From: Candidatus Cloacimonadales bacterium
GTDB taxonomy: Bacteria; Cloacimonadota; Cloacimonadia; Cloacimonadales; JAIOQZ01
Assembly (NCBI GenBank): GCA_963665815.1
Contig: OY762463.1
Span: forward strand, 160,001-224,000
Reading direction: 5' to 3'
Length of the DNA: 64,000 bases
The translations under genes and the position numbers were made by a program. Position 1 is the first letter of the stretch, and each line of letters starts with the position of its first letter. The notes beneath the pieces are model-generated. The model saw nothing but the letters and a program-made list of their open reading frames with translations. It did no database searches and was not told the DNA's origin. Below, piece after piece: positions 10,189-20,734 of this stretch.

Positions 10189-10215
10189 AGTTTACTCCTT
10201 TTGTGTTTTGTTTAT

Positions 10216-10302
10216 AAAAAAAAGCCCACGAAACCGGATAGTCCCGTGGGCATTCAAAGTGCTTATTATATATTATGGGATTAGCCGGTACAGACCAATC
10301 CC
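10216..10302 (-). promoter_or_regulatory. Transcription attenuator (1:2 hairpin, 2:3 antiterminator, 3:4 terminator with U8)
   Basis: On - strand: GGGATTGGTC/GGCTAATCCC; ACCGGCTAATCCC/GGGACTATCCGGT; GCCCACGGGAC/GTTTCGTGGGC followed by TTTTTTTT. Confidence 0.75.
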
Positions 10303-10556
10303 GTATTTGAAATGTCTATTGTAAAAGAGTTCTTTGTATGATATATATTTTTTATGTTATCTTATATTTCATTTTACCAAATTATCAATATGAATTTGGA
10401 ATATTTACAAAGTTCTTTAATTGGATTCAAACGTTAAGAGATTGATCTTAGATTATTTGGATTCCTTTTTCTAATTTAAATTGCATCTTTGCCTCCTTAA
10501 CGTTTTTTTATTAAATCAATATTGAGTAGTATTCTAAATCTGTCAAATAAATTATG

Positions 10557-12041
10557 TTATTCTTCGAAAGACACCATAAACGTATCATCTGCATACTCAG
10601 TGAGTTTCACATTTCTGTTTTCTCGATATTTGTGGAGAATCTCATCTATTCTATCAAGTGAAGTTGAGATTCTGTCGAAGTGTTTTTTATTTCTGCTGTT
10701 CAAGTTGCCTATCTGAAGTTCTATCATCTCCATATTGCCCTTAATCACAGTCAAAGGCTGGTTAAGCTCATGATTCGCTGTTACAGCCATAGCATAAACC
10801 GTGTTCTTTCGAGCAAGAATCCTGATCTCTTCCTGAGCCTTTTCCAGTTCTTCATTTCTTTTTTTTAATTCATCATTTTTTTGTTCAAGAATCTTGTGTT
10901 CACGCTCTTTCTGCTCCATTTCAAATTTTGTTCGCAGTTCCGCGGATTTCTCTGAAAGATTTTCATTAAAGATTTCTTCCTGCAGATCGAGTAACTCCTG
11001 ATACGTTTTTACTTCACCTTCATAATCTTTTCTGGCATGTAAAATCTCGGTTTTATTCCTCAATACCAGCTTCAGTTCTGCAAGATTCCCCTGATCTCGA
11101 GTAAGTTTTTCAGATTCTGTTATCTCTTTGCATGCCATATCTAACTTGTCCTGACGATAGTAATTCATGGCAATATTGAGTTTCAACTTTGGCAGTATGG
11201 TTGTCATCTTATATTCATTGCACAATTTAAGTGCTTTATCAAATTCTGTTTGAGCTTTATCATGAAGTTTGAGTTCCCTGTAAGAAGCTCCAATGTTCAT
11301 AGTGGAAAGTGCAATCCACTCATGGTTTATATTCTGTTCTATAAGATAATCTCTGGCATGAGAGAAAAAATCAATTGCTTTATCGTATTTATGATTTGAG
11401 AAGTAATGTGTACCAAGGTTGGCGAGGAATGCACTCTCAAGTCGCTTATTGTTCTGCTCAGAAGAGATTTTCAAACCCTTAAGTCCTATTTCCTCAAAAG
11501 ATTTCTGATCGTTAATTGCATAAAAATATGATTGCATGTTAATATAGATATCAGGAAGTATAGCCTGCTTATCAAGTCTTAAAGCAAGTTCTTCAGCCAG
11601 CAGATAGTTCTTGTATGCTTCTTCCAGATTATTAATGTAAACATTGCACAGTCCAATATTGATATGGACATTTATCAGGTGTTTACAGTCTGGATCACCT
11701 TGAGATAGAATGTATTCTTTCAATTTAAGAAGGCTTTCTAATGCTTCCTGATGCCTGCCCGAGTTAATTGTCAGAGCAGCTATTCTGTTTCTGGTTATAA
11801 TAATCTTTTCAAAAACATCTGTTAACTCCCAGTATTGAAGAAGCTTCTTCTCCAGAATAAAGGCTTTTTCTCTTTCTGTTGTTCTCCAAATTCTGGCAGC
11901 CAGCTCACCGATTGCCATAGGGAGATCCTGATTTTTTTCAAACATACTGAAGAGTTTATCCAAATCTATCGAGTTAAAGATTTCAATGGGACTCCGGGAT
12001 TCAGAATTAATTTCTTTAATTAAAGATTCAATATATTCCAT
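10557..12041 (-). CDS. TPR-repeat protein with coiled coil and C-terminal HisKA (DHp) domain, no HATPase_c domain
   Basis: Several TPR-like helices (NIGLC, NLGTHY, NIGASY); ANHELNQPLTVIKG H-box; protein ends about 70 aa later. ATG 12041 preferred over the track start 12053. Confidence 0.75.
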   Translation of the reverse strand: MEYIESLIKEINSESRSPIEIFNSIDLDKLFSMFEKNQDLPMAIGELAARIWRTTEREKAFILEKKLLQYWELTDVFEKIIITRNRIAALTINSGRHQEALESLLKLKEYILSQGDPDCKHLINVHINIGLCNVYINNLEEAYKNYLLAEELALRLDKQAILPDIYINMQSYFYAINDQKSFEEIGLKGLKISSEQNNKRLESAFLANLGTHYFSNHKYDKAIDFFSHARDYLIEQNINHEWIALSTMNIGASYRELKLHDKAQTEFDKALKLCNEYKMTTILPKLKLNIAMNYYRQDKLDMACKEITESEKLTRDQGNLAELKLVLRNKTEILHARKDYEGEVKTYQELLDLQEEIFNENLSEKSAELRTKFEMEQKEREHKILEQKNDELKKRNEELEKAQEEIRILARKNTVYAMAVTANHELNQPLTVIKGNMEMIELQIGNLNSRNKKHFDRISTSLDRIDEILHKYRENRNVKLTEYADDTFMVSFEE

Positions 12042-12203
12042 AATAACCACCAACTGTATTATTGTTTATAATATATGTGTAATTCAAAAATTAGACTATA
12101 AATAAATTTTTAATGTAAGAGTTGTAAATGAATATTTCTTCAAAAAGATGTAAGGATGTTAAAAAGAAGCAGTCGAAAATACATGATTACAAGAAATTAG
12201 CAC

Positions 12204-12236
12204 AAAAAAAAGGACCGGATTAAAACCAGTCCTTTT
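12204..12236 (-). terminator. Intrinsic terminator after the C25 peptidase gene
   Basis: aaaaggac..gtcctttt stem flanked by A/T runs. Confidence 0.7.
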
Positions 12237-12255
12237 AAGAGATTTATTATCGCTG

Positions 12256-15200
12256 CTATTTGAGCAACAGCATTTTACTTGTTTGTACCGTGCTTGCAGT
12301 TCTAAGTCTGAAGAAGTAAACACCTGTACCAACAGATTTTTCACTGTTATCTTTACCAGACCATACGATTGTATGACTTCCTTCGGAATATACCTTGTTA
12401 TCAAGTGTCTTAACAAGCTGACCCTTGATGTTGTATACTTGAAGAAGTGCAGGTTGACTGCTGTCTTTCTGATTAATGCTGAAAGCTATTGTTGTTTCAG
12501 GATTAAATGGATTTGGATAGTTTCCAGTAACAGCAGTTTCGTAATTATTTACATCTGAATTATCATTATCAACAATATAGCTTACTGAACCGTTTCTTGA
12601 ATATGATCCTTTGAAAGTATGCCATTTATTGATATGACCTCTATGAGTTTTTATATCCCATCCGAGTAGCTTTCCAGGTGCTCCGATGAATATATCAGGA
12701 TTTCTGTCCATGTCAAGGTTATCTACAGTGAGAAGTCCGTTTGACTGATAAACTCCTGCTACAGGGTAACCATCGTGTGATGTTCCGTCTCCGTTGTAAA
12801 CAAAGAGACTTGAGTAATCGTCCACAAGAATGATATCATTCAAATCGTCTGCATTTATATCAGCTATAACGGGACTTGTAGAAATGTCATGCGGAAGAGT
12901 TACAGGCCATGAACCTGTAAGGTTCTGAAGGCTGCTGTCTACTGCGAATATTTCTTTAGAATCAAGAGATAAAATAATATCGTTATTGCTATCTCCGTTT
13001 ACATCAGCTATTGCAAATGAACCAATAATCTGACTGTTAAATTCCCTTGAATGAATGATTTGACCGTTTTGAACAACAAATACTTTACCTGCATTATTTC
13101 CAACAACAATCTTATCGGAATCAAAGACTACAGGATCTACTGAAAGGAATCCTTCAAGGTCAACATAGCTTACTGTTCCATCACTTTCGATGATAGCCAG
13201 TTTTTCACTTGCTGTTGCAGCAACTATTTCGTTAGCACCGTCATTATCGATATCAGCAACAGTAACAGATACTCTGACTGAAGCTGTCAGATTGACAGGG
13301 AAGTTTGCAACAGAATTTCCATCTTTATCATACACCATTATCTGGTTATTTTCATTAGGACTACCTGCAATGATTGTCTCTAAACCGGAATCGGTAGTGA
13401 AATCTGCGAATACCGGAGTCGTGAAAACAAAACCAAGATTGTCCTTCTGGAATTTCATGCTTCCGTCGTTGTTAATCACTTTAAGATTACCATCAAGGAA
13501 GTGTGTTACAGCAATTTCTTTGTTTCCGTCACCATCAATGTCTGCAACAGCTATTGAGGCTTTAGAATTTCCACTTGATGATCCTGCAACAGGGAATCCT
13601 GCTAAAGCTGAACCATCAGCGTTGAATGCATAAACTTTGCTGTATTCGTCACAAAAAATAACTTCTTTAACATTATCGTTGTTAATATCTGTAATTACTG
13701 GTGCACCGATAACATCGGCATCATCGATATTAATTGGGAAACCTGCATACTCAAAACCTGTCTGGATTGGTACATGGTGGTACTCAACATAATTTCTTCC
13801 GGTTGAAGCATCAGTGCCTGCTTCTACTTTTACGATAATATCGAAAACACCTGTTGCACAATCAGAATTAAGCCTGAATAGTACAGATGCACTGGCATTG
13901 GCTGATTCAATTGAAGAATCTATGGCAAGATCACCAATGTTGGCTGTTCCAAGACCGGTAACATTATCGTCATCCATAACAGTGATATTAATACCTGTGG
14001 CAGAACCACCAACAGGCATATTGTATTCGTTAAGGATTGTGTTGTTTGAGAGAGTAAATCTGAGAGCTGCTCTTTCTCCAGGGTTGATTTTGCCATCACC
14101 ATCTCCCGGTGATTCAACAGCTCCGGTTGTTCCGTCTTCAAACACAAGGTTTGGAACATCACCATAACCTCTTTTGTATTCAAGAGAAGGATCTCCGAAA
14201 AGAACTAATTCATAATAAACCCATCTGAATACTCCATTGTCAATATCATTGATATGTGGAAGTTTTGAGTTTGTGAGTACTGAACCAATATTGTAATTAC
14301 CTTCTTCCATTATATCATGGAAGAAAGTCTTATCAAACTTATATGAAGTTGCATCAGTAACATACTGACGACTATAGAAACCGTATCTTGTATTTCCAAC
14401 GTAAGCAGCAAGCCCACCCGGAGCAACCATGAGGTTTTCTCCGATACATTCGTCTGCTCCACTGACAGAATCATCAAATGCAAGTGAATAACATCCAATA
14501 GAATATACGATTGGGAATTTTGTATTAGAAAGCTCAAATGCTTCTGTTCTTGTGAGCCCCATTGCAATTGGATAATCACAGTGACCAACGTGGTTTATAA
14601 CAGAACCATGATTTCTGTTGAATTCATCTTCAACTCCCTGCTGACTGAAAGTATTGTATCTTTCATACAGTGTTTTCATGTCATATTCAAACTGGAACTG
14701 ATAAAATTCCTGAGCAATGGCATTCTTATAACTTGATCCGTATGAATAGTTCTGTCCGTCATTATCAAGTTTTTCACCGATGAAAAGTGCTGTATCATGA
14801 TAATGTGAAAATGTATTTTCGTATTCTTTTGATTTAGCAATCATGTTTAGGAAATCCTGAGTAATATCACCAGGCATTCTACCGATATGAACTTCAGGAG
14901 TTAAGTCAGTACCATCATTGAATTCACCATAAAAACCGTCACCATCGTCGTTCCATGTTCCATCAAGTGCTCCAAAATAGAGATCACATGGGATATAGCC
15001 TCTTTCGTTGCCGTTATTTGCTACAGCAAGTCTGAATGGGATTATTTCATCATCGCCTGCAAGTATTACATACTCAAGGAAATCAGTTGAACTGTTTGCC
15101 CATGATGTATAAGCGTGGTCAATGAATTGTCTCATTTGATCAGCATGATCAAGACCTGTATAGTCTGAATATATTACTGCAATATCAAATACACCGGTTG

Positions 15201-15954
15201 AAACACCATTTGATTCTTTATATGATGCAAAATCCTGGAAAGTTGCAATATGAGCCTGGTCTGTGATAATAATCATTTTCTTAGGGTCATTAGGGTCAAT
15301 CTGGCTGTCTCTTTCAAGATTTACAGTTGCGTGATCAGGATATGAGTTAACCGCATCAGGATTTAGGATCAGATTCTTGAATTTATCATGAATTCTTGAA
15401 TTATTGATGATTCTTTTACTTTGTTCATTTGCAATTGATGCGTCGTATTCTGTATTGATAAACACTTCAACTTTATTGAAATACATGATTTCTTCAGTTT
15501 CAGGATTATATTTGTATGGATAGATATTGATGAATGCAAGATCAAATCCATTCATTCTTTGAACTGTAACAAGCTTGTGATCGTATTCAGGGAAGAATAC
15601 TGAGCTGTTATAGATTTCCTCGTTTCTAGGTGTTCTGACAAACTCCTGAGTTCTTCCTTTTTGAATAGGAATCTGTTGTTGAACCTGATCAAGATCAAAA
15701 TGTCCGTCAAGCACAACAGGATCATCCATATTAACTTCAATTGAAGTTATTTTCTCTCCAAACGGTAACAAAACATTAGATGTTTTGTAAGGAAGTCTTG
15801 GAGCTCCCGGATCAGCAATGAATCTTACGTCAGAATCAACGCTGATAACCTTGTTTTTGCATGTTGGTGCATCAACAAAATGTGTGAAATTAAGTGTTTC
15901 AGCTACAAGGCTAAATGCAGCGAAACACAAAAGTATTACTAAAAATCTCTTCAT
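12256..15954 (-). CDS. Secreted gingipain-like C25 cysteine peptidase with propeptide, FG-GAP/VCBS repeats and C-terminal FlgD-Ig/T9SS-type sorting domain
   Basis: Signal peptide; PGAPRLP propeptide; YVILAGD, DLYFG, IGRMP; catalytic NHVGH and SIGC; LFGDP; repeated ADIDGDG; GNYPNPFNPETTI...KMLLLK. Confidence 0.88.
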   Translation of the reverse strand: MKRFLVILLCFAAFSLVAETLNFTHFVDAPTCKNKVISVDSDVRFIADPGAPRLPYKTSNVLLPFGEKITSIEVNMDDPVVLDGHFDLDQVQQQIPIQKGRTQEFVRTPRNEEIYNSSVFFPEYDHKLVTVQRMNGFDLAFINIYPYKYNPETEEIMYFNKVEVFINTEYDASIANEQSKRIINNSRIHDKFKNLILNPDAVNSYPDHATVNLERDSQIDPNDPKKMIIITDQAHIATFQDFASYKESNGVSTGVFDIAVIYSDYTGLDHADQMRQFIDHAYTSWANSSTDFLEYVILAGDDEIIPFRLAVANNGNERGYIPCDLYFGALDGTWNDDGDGFYGEFNDGTDLTPEVHIGRMPGDITQDFLNMIAKSKEYENTFSHYHDTALFIGEKLDNDGQNYSYGSSYKNAIAQEFYQFQFEYDMKTLYERYNTFSQQGVEDEFNRNHGSVINHVGHCDYPIAMGLTRTEAFELSNTKFPIVYSIGCYSLAFDDSVSGADECIGENLMVAPGGLAAYVGNTRYGFYSRQYVTDATSYKFDKTFFHDIMEEGNYNIGSVLTNSKLPHINDIDNGVFRWVYYELVLFGDPSLEYKRGYGDVPNLVFEDGTTGAVESPGDGDGKINPGERAALRFTLSNNTILNEYNMPVGGSATGINITVMDDDNVTGLGTANIGDLAIDSSIESANASASVLFRLNSDCATGVFDIIVKVEAGTDASTGRNYVEYHHVPIQTGFEYAGFPINIDDADVIGAPVITDINNDNVKEVIFCDEYSKVYAFNADGSALAGFPVAGSSSGNSKASIAVADIDGDGNKEIAVTHFLDGNLKVINNDGSMKFQKDNLGFVFTTPVFADFTTDSGLETIIAGSPNENNQIMVYDKDGNSVANFPVNLTASVRVSVTVADIDNDGANEIVAATASEKLAIIESDGTVSYVDLEGFLSVDPVVFDSDKIVVGNNAGKVFVVQNGQIIHSREFNSQIIGSFAIADVNGDSNNDIILSLDSKEIFAVDSSLQNLTGSWPVTLPHDISTSPVIADINADDLNDIILVDDYSSLFVYNGDGTSHDGYPVAGVYQSNGLLTVDNLDMDRNPDIFIGAPGKLLGWDIKTHRGHINKWHTFKGSYSRNGSVSYIVDNDNSDVNNYETAVTGNYPNPFNPETTIAFSINQKDSSQPALLQVYNIKGQLVKTLDNKVYSEGSHTIVWSGKDNSEKSVGTGVYFFRLRTASTVQTSKMLLLK

Positions 15955-15972
15955 AGTTACTCCTGTTATTAT

Positions 15973-16773
15973 TTATATTAAATCCGTATAAAATTCAGTT
16001 CTTCTATCCTCTAAAATATTATTACGAGGCGTAATGTATTTATTACAAGCAATTTCCGGTTCAATTTCTACAATATGCAATGTTTTTTTGTTCGTATCAG
16101 CTGAAGATAATTTTTTCCCAAGACTGTCAAGAATCTGTGATCCGCCAGTAAATGTCAGATCTTTTCCACTTTGTGATTCTGTACCAAAACGGTTACATGT
16201 TATGGAATAAACTCTGTTCTCAAGTGATCTTGCGAACATTGCCTGTTGACACCACGGTAATACAAGATTGGCGGGATGACAGACAATCTGAGCTCCTTTG
16301 ATTGCTAAACTGCGCATTGCTTCGGGAAACATCCAGTCAAAGCAGATCATCATACCTATTTTAATTCCGTTTTTTGCTGTGAAAACGTTAAAACCAGTAT
16401 CACCAGGTTTAAACCAGTTCTTTTCATTCAGAAAAAGATGTGTTTTTCTGTAAATGTGTGATGTTGAATCTGGATTAACAAGCATTGCAGAGTTATATAT
16501 GCCTGAATCGACTTTTTCTGCAAAACCGAACACTATGCTGCAATTGAGCTTTTGAGAGAGTTCTTTGAAGAAAACTGCTGATAATCCATTCTCTGGATCT
16601 TCTGCAGCAATTTCAACTTCAGCCTGATTCTGAAAGTCATATCCAGAAAGACATAACTCAGGCAGAACAATAAGGTCAGCTTCAGCGTCATTCAAATCTT
16701 TTTCTATGTTATGCATATTTTTTTCAATATCAAGATAAAGTGGATTAAATTGATAATACCCTACTCTATACAT
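15973..16773 (-). CDS. Nitrilase-superfamily carbon-nitrogen hydrolase
   Basis: E-K-C triad motifs LPELC, YRKTHL, ICFDW; ATG 16773 overlaps the gmhA stop. Confidence 0.88.
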   Translation of the reverse strand: MYRVGYYQFNPLYLDIEKNMHNIEKDLNDAEADLIVLPELCLSGYDFQNQAEVEIAAEDPENGLSAVFFKELSQKLNCSIVFGFAEKVDSGIYNSAMLVNPDSTSHIYRKTHLFLNEKNWFKPGDTGFNVFTAKNGIKIGMMICFDWMFPEAMRSLAIKGAQIVCHPANLVLPWCQQAMFARSLENRVYSITCNRFGTESQSGKDLTFTGGSQILDSLGKKLSSADTNKKTLHIVEIEPEIACNKYITPRNNILEDRRTEFYTDLI

Positions 16774-17374
16774 CTGTTTTCTCCATGTAGTTTTCAGGGA
16801 ATAGAATACGTTCAGCTCCCTCAATAACGTTGTGGAGAATCAGCATATGTATTTCCTGAATACGTGCTGTATTATTGTGTTGGATATGGAATTCAATGTC
16901 GAATTTTGATTTTAGTTTTCCCCCGGATTTTCCAATAAGTCCAATAGTCTTAATATTTTTTTTGTTTGCTTCTTCAAGAGCATTTACAATATTGGCTGAG
17001 TTACCGCTTGTTGAAATGAGTATTGCCACATCTCCTGGTTGACCAAAAGCTTCAATACCACGTCTGAAGACTTCTTCAAATCCGAAATCATTACCTACGC
17101 AGGTAAGATATGCACCATCTGTCAGACTGATAACAGGAAGAGCCTTTCTGTCTTTCTGATATCTTCCTGTAAACTCTTCGGCAAAATGAATCGCATCTGC
17201 AGCCGATCCACCGTTACCGGCAATAATAATTTTTTTATCATTGTCAAAGGTTTCAGCAATCAGGTGTGATGCTGCACAGATCAAATCAATATTTGAATTG
17301 TCTGAAACAAAACTATTCAAAAGATTAGATGCTTCATTAAGATTCTTTTTTATGTTGCTTTCTAAGCTATTCAT
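16766..17374 (-). CDS. gmhA: D-sedoheptulose-7-phosphate isomerase
   Basis: GNGGSAADAIHFAEE, ISTSGNS, IQEIH motifs. Confidence 0.93.
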   Translation of the reverse strand: MNSLESNIKKNLNEASNLLNSFVSDNSNIDLICAASHLIAETFDNDKKIIIAGNGGSAADAIHFAEEFTGRYQKDRKALPVISLTDGAYLTCVGNDFGFEEVFRRGIEAFGQPGDVAILISTSGNSANIVNALEEANKKNIKTIGLIGKSGGKLKSKFDIEFHIQHNNTARIQEIHMLILHNVIEGAERILFPENYMEKTDV

Positions 17375-17467
17375 ATATGATTTTCCTCATTTACTAAAAA
17401 AAACACATTAGACAAGATAGTCAAAATATATTTTTTAAATCTTAAATAAAGAACAGGAAATGTATCC

Positions 17468-20400
17468 TTAAAATTCTGCCCTCAGCTCAATCTGAAATTT
17501 CATTACATTTTTCTCCTGTGGATACTTTACTGTACTGAAATCAAAATTTACTACTGTATATTTGTTAATTTTATAAGTTGATGAAATTGAAGATTTCGTT
17601 GTTAATCCGTCCCTTTTGCTTTCAAGAGTTCCCAGAAAATCAGAACCGGTTTTTACATTCTTCTGAACTTCAACCTGGGCAAAAATTCTTGATTTAGAAT
17701 TCATGAAGAAAGATGCTCTTTCCCTCACTTTATATATATTCATTTCATAACTGTCTTCATCAATTCCGGAACGAGTGTTTTCCGCTATAAATTCTCCTTC
17801 TGATTGCAGAGTGAATTTACGGGTGAACTTCGTTCGAACTTCCAGATTAATTGAATTGTAGTCGCTCCTTGAGTTGTATTGACTTGTATTCTCTGTCTCA
17901 TGGGAAAATTTCACTTCAATATTGTTTTTTCTGATATTATAAAATTGTAATCCGGCTTCAAAGAGTCTTGTCTCATCATGCTCAAGAACAATGTACCGCA
18001 AGTCAAAACTTTCAGTAAAGTCAGTCTTTAGGTTAACAGCGATTTTCCTCGGAACAATGTTAAACCATAATGAATTTTTGAAATTCCGTCTTCCGTATGT
18101 TGTATATTCTTCATCGAATGTCACATCTGGGTGGAATGTGTATATTTTCCATTTGTCTGTACCTTTGTTATTCTCAATCAACTGGACTGAAGAGTCAAAC
18201 TGAAATTTATCCCATATGTTTTTTCCCTGATCAAATCGTCCCGGGAAAAGAGATACATTTGATTGAGCTGAAACTTCTATACTTAACTCGGATTCACCGG
18301 TTTTCTTGAATTCATAGTCCCAGCTTCCTCCTAAACTGTCATTCCCCTCTTTGTCGTAATATCCATTATCAGGACCAACATAAACAAGCTCCTTAACTCT
18401 TGGATAAAACTCCAGATTTTCAAGATTGTACTGGTAGGTCCAATGTACAGCTTCTTTATAAAACTTGTGTCTTCCTGAAAATTCAGCTGAATTGAAATCA
18501 TTATCATCCTGCGTTCCGAAATACTTTATTTTTCTATGAGTGAATTTGCTTGAGAACTGATGATTCCCTTTATTGATGTAATTTTTGACAGTGTAAGTTA
18601 ATCCGTCCTGAACGTGTTCCCATTTTTTATTATAATTGTACTTCTGCTCGTTAGACAATTCTGTTTCAAATGCTAACGATTTGATGTTTATACTCTCAAT
18701 TCGATAAGTATTCTCTTTAATTCTGAATCCTGTCTCTGAATTACCTGATTCCCTGCTTGTTCTCTGATCGTACAAACTTGATAGCTTTATCTTTTTGTAC
18801 TTATATGCTCCTGATCCATAAATCTGATCATAATCTGTTTTTCTGTTTAAAGTATTGTCATCCTCAATCTGCTGTTCAAACTTTACCTGTGTTTCAGGGA
18901 AATATTTTTTTTGCTTTGTGTCATTTGAAACAACATACCTGTTGAATTTATAGACCGATCCCGATCTTCTGATATCACTTTCAAAGCCAGGAGTAGTAAA
19001 ATCATAGAAATTTGTATTGATAGATGTGAAATACTGATGAATATTCAGACTGTCATTACCGGTTGCTCCTGATTTATAGACTGATTCTGCGGATTCGTTC
19101 TCAGAGAATGTTTCCAGCTTTTTACCCATGAATCTGTGTCGCAGTACAAGATCGGGAGAAATTTTATCAAAATCAGGTTTGTAGCGTAGTTTGGAAACCG
19201 CAGCGAAAGCACTGTTGTCAGAGTCATTTTTCCCGGAAAAGAGGTTTTTGTCATAATATGTGTTAAGAAGCTCTGTTGAGAGTTCCAGACCATCTGACTG
19301 ATACTTCAGTAATATATCTATGTTTCGCTTTTCCTCCGGAGCAGGAAGAATTTTTCCGGGAGTATAGGTCCCATTTCCTTTACCGACAAACTGATAATAT
19401 CCTGAACCATAATAATTGTAATCACCGTCAGTTGTCTGAATAAATTCGATATTGAAATTTCCTGTAGAGTCATTTCCAACATACCGATAGTGATTTTCTA
19501 ATGCATCAATTAAAATATATTTCCCATTTCCCGGTTCTGTTTCTGTTATGCCACTTCCTATTACTTCATTGTCACCGGCTTCATTCAGTATCTGCTTGTC
19601 TTCATCTGAGAATGTCAGTTCTATCGGGTAATCCTTGTTGTCTTTTCGAGATATTAAAGCTGTTGAGATAGATAACTTATCAGTAAAATGATATTCTGAC
19701 GATGTGAGATACATGTTTTTTCTGTAATTCTCATCACTGTATTGGAAATCGATTTGAATAAAAGAAGTCCCTGTTATTATCTGTTCAGAAGTAAACGTTA
19801 TACTTCCTCCCTCATAATCAATATAATAATCATCTCCACGAAAAACCTTGTTACCATTGAGATAAACTGTTTCGGTCCCGGCAACAATCTGTATGTCTCT
19901 TGAGTCAACCTGTACAAAGTAAGGTCCCTGTTTCCCTTCCTGACCATCAAAATTCACTGATGCTTCTCGAGCTTTGGTCACTGCAATAGCAGCTGAAATA
20001 TCATTTTTTAAACCATATTTGAATCGCAAACCTTCGAATTCCGGTCTGAAATTCATATATTCGGATTCATAAAACTCAAAATCAAGATCTCCAAAAGCAA
20101 GTTCATATTGCTTACCAAAAATTTTAATATATACTTGGTCCAGAGTACTGAGTTCTTTCGTATCACCTTCGGGTGTTATCGGAGACTCATTATCTGAGAG
20201 CTGTGCTTCGACCATCATATTGTCCGAAAGTTCTCCATTCATTTTAACATATAATGACTGATTAACACGTAAATTCTGATTACTTCCGAGAGAAAAGGAA
20301 ATTGATTTGGATCCGTTAATCCTTAGCTTTTTGTTATCCTTGAAGTTAAAGATTTTCTGAGGTCTGAACTCCACATTCTGAGAATCTGAAACAACCTGTT

Positions 20401-20734
20401 CTTTGAAGTAAAAATAATGCTCATAGTAATTTTCAGGGAGTTTGACATATTCTGCAATCACAACCTGTATTGAATCCGGTTTACAATGGAATGAACCTGA
20501 ATCCGGGAATATCTCAAGATCTGGGATTAAGACAATGGTTGAATCCTTGCGGGATTTGAATATCAGACTTCCTGAGACTATTTTATCATGTTTAAGTTTG
20601 TACTTTTGAGTATTGGGATAAAGAGTAAAAGTTTCTCTGAAATGTACAGGAGATACGAAATTTCTGGCTAACAAGATATTTGATGCTATCAGGAGAGCAA
20701 AAGCCAGAAAGAACATTTTTTTTTTATTCAACAA
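17468..20734 (-). CDS. Large outer-membrane beta-barrel protein with a SprA-like N-terminal motif, function unknown
   Basis: 1088 aa; signal peptide; ETVYLNG..RGDDYYIDYEGGSITF motif; amphipathic beta-strand pattern; C-terminal Phe. Confidence 0.6.
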   Translation of the reverse strand: MLNKKKMFFLAFALLIASNILLARNFVSPVHFRETFTLYPNTQKYKLKHDKIVSGSLIFKSRKDSTIVLIPDLEIFPDSGSFHCKPDSIQVVIAEYVKLPENYYEHYFYFKEQVVSDSQNVEFRPQKIFNFKDNKKLRINGSKSISFSLGSNQNLRVNQSLYVKMNGELSDNMMVEAQLSDNESPITPEGDTKELSTLDQVYIKIFGKQYELAFGDLDFEFYESEYMNFRPEFEGLRFKYGLKNDISAAIAVTKAREASVNFDGQEGKQGPYFVQVDSRDIQIVAGTETVYLNGNKVFRGDDYYIDYEGGSITFTSEQIITGTSFIQIDFQYSDENYRKNMYLTSSEYHFTDKLSISTALISRKDNKDYPIELTFSDEDKQILNEAGDNEVIGSGITETEPGNGKYILIDALENHYRYVGNDSTGNFNIEFIQTTDGDYNYYGSGYYQFVGKGNGTYTPGKILPAPEEKRNIDILLKYQSDGLELSTELLNTYYDKNLFSGKNDSDNSAFAAVSKLRYKPDFDKISPDLVLRHRFMGKKLETFSENESAESVYKSGATGNDSLNIHQYFTSINTNFYDFTTPGFESDIRRSGSVYKFNRYVVSNDTKQKKYFPETQVKFEQQIEDDNTLNRKTDYDQIYGSGAYKYKKIKLSSLYDQRTSRESGNSETGFRIKENTYRIESINIKSLAFETELSNEQKYNYNKKWEHVQDGLTYTVKNYINKGNHQFSSKFTHRKIKYFGTQDDNDFNSAEFSGRHKFYKEAVHWTYQYNLENLEFYPRVKELVYVGPDNGYYDKEGNDSLGGSWDYEFKKTGESELSIEVSAQSNVSLFPGRFDQGKNIWDKFQFDSSVQLIENNKGTDKWKIYTFHPDVTFDEEYTTYGRRNFKNSLWFNIVPRKIAVNLKTDFTESFDLRYIVLEHDETRLFEAGLQFYNIRKNNIEVKFSHETENTSQYNSRSDYNSINLEVRTKFTRKFTLQSEGEFIAENTRSGIDEDSYEMNIYKVRERASFFMNSKSRIFAQVEVQKNVKTGSDFLGTLESKRDGLTTKSSISSTYKINKYTVVNFDFSTVKYPQEKNVMKFQIELRAEF

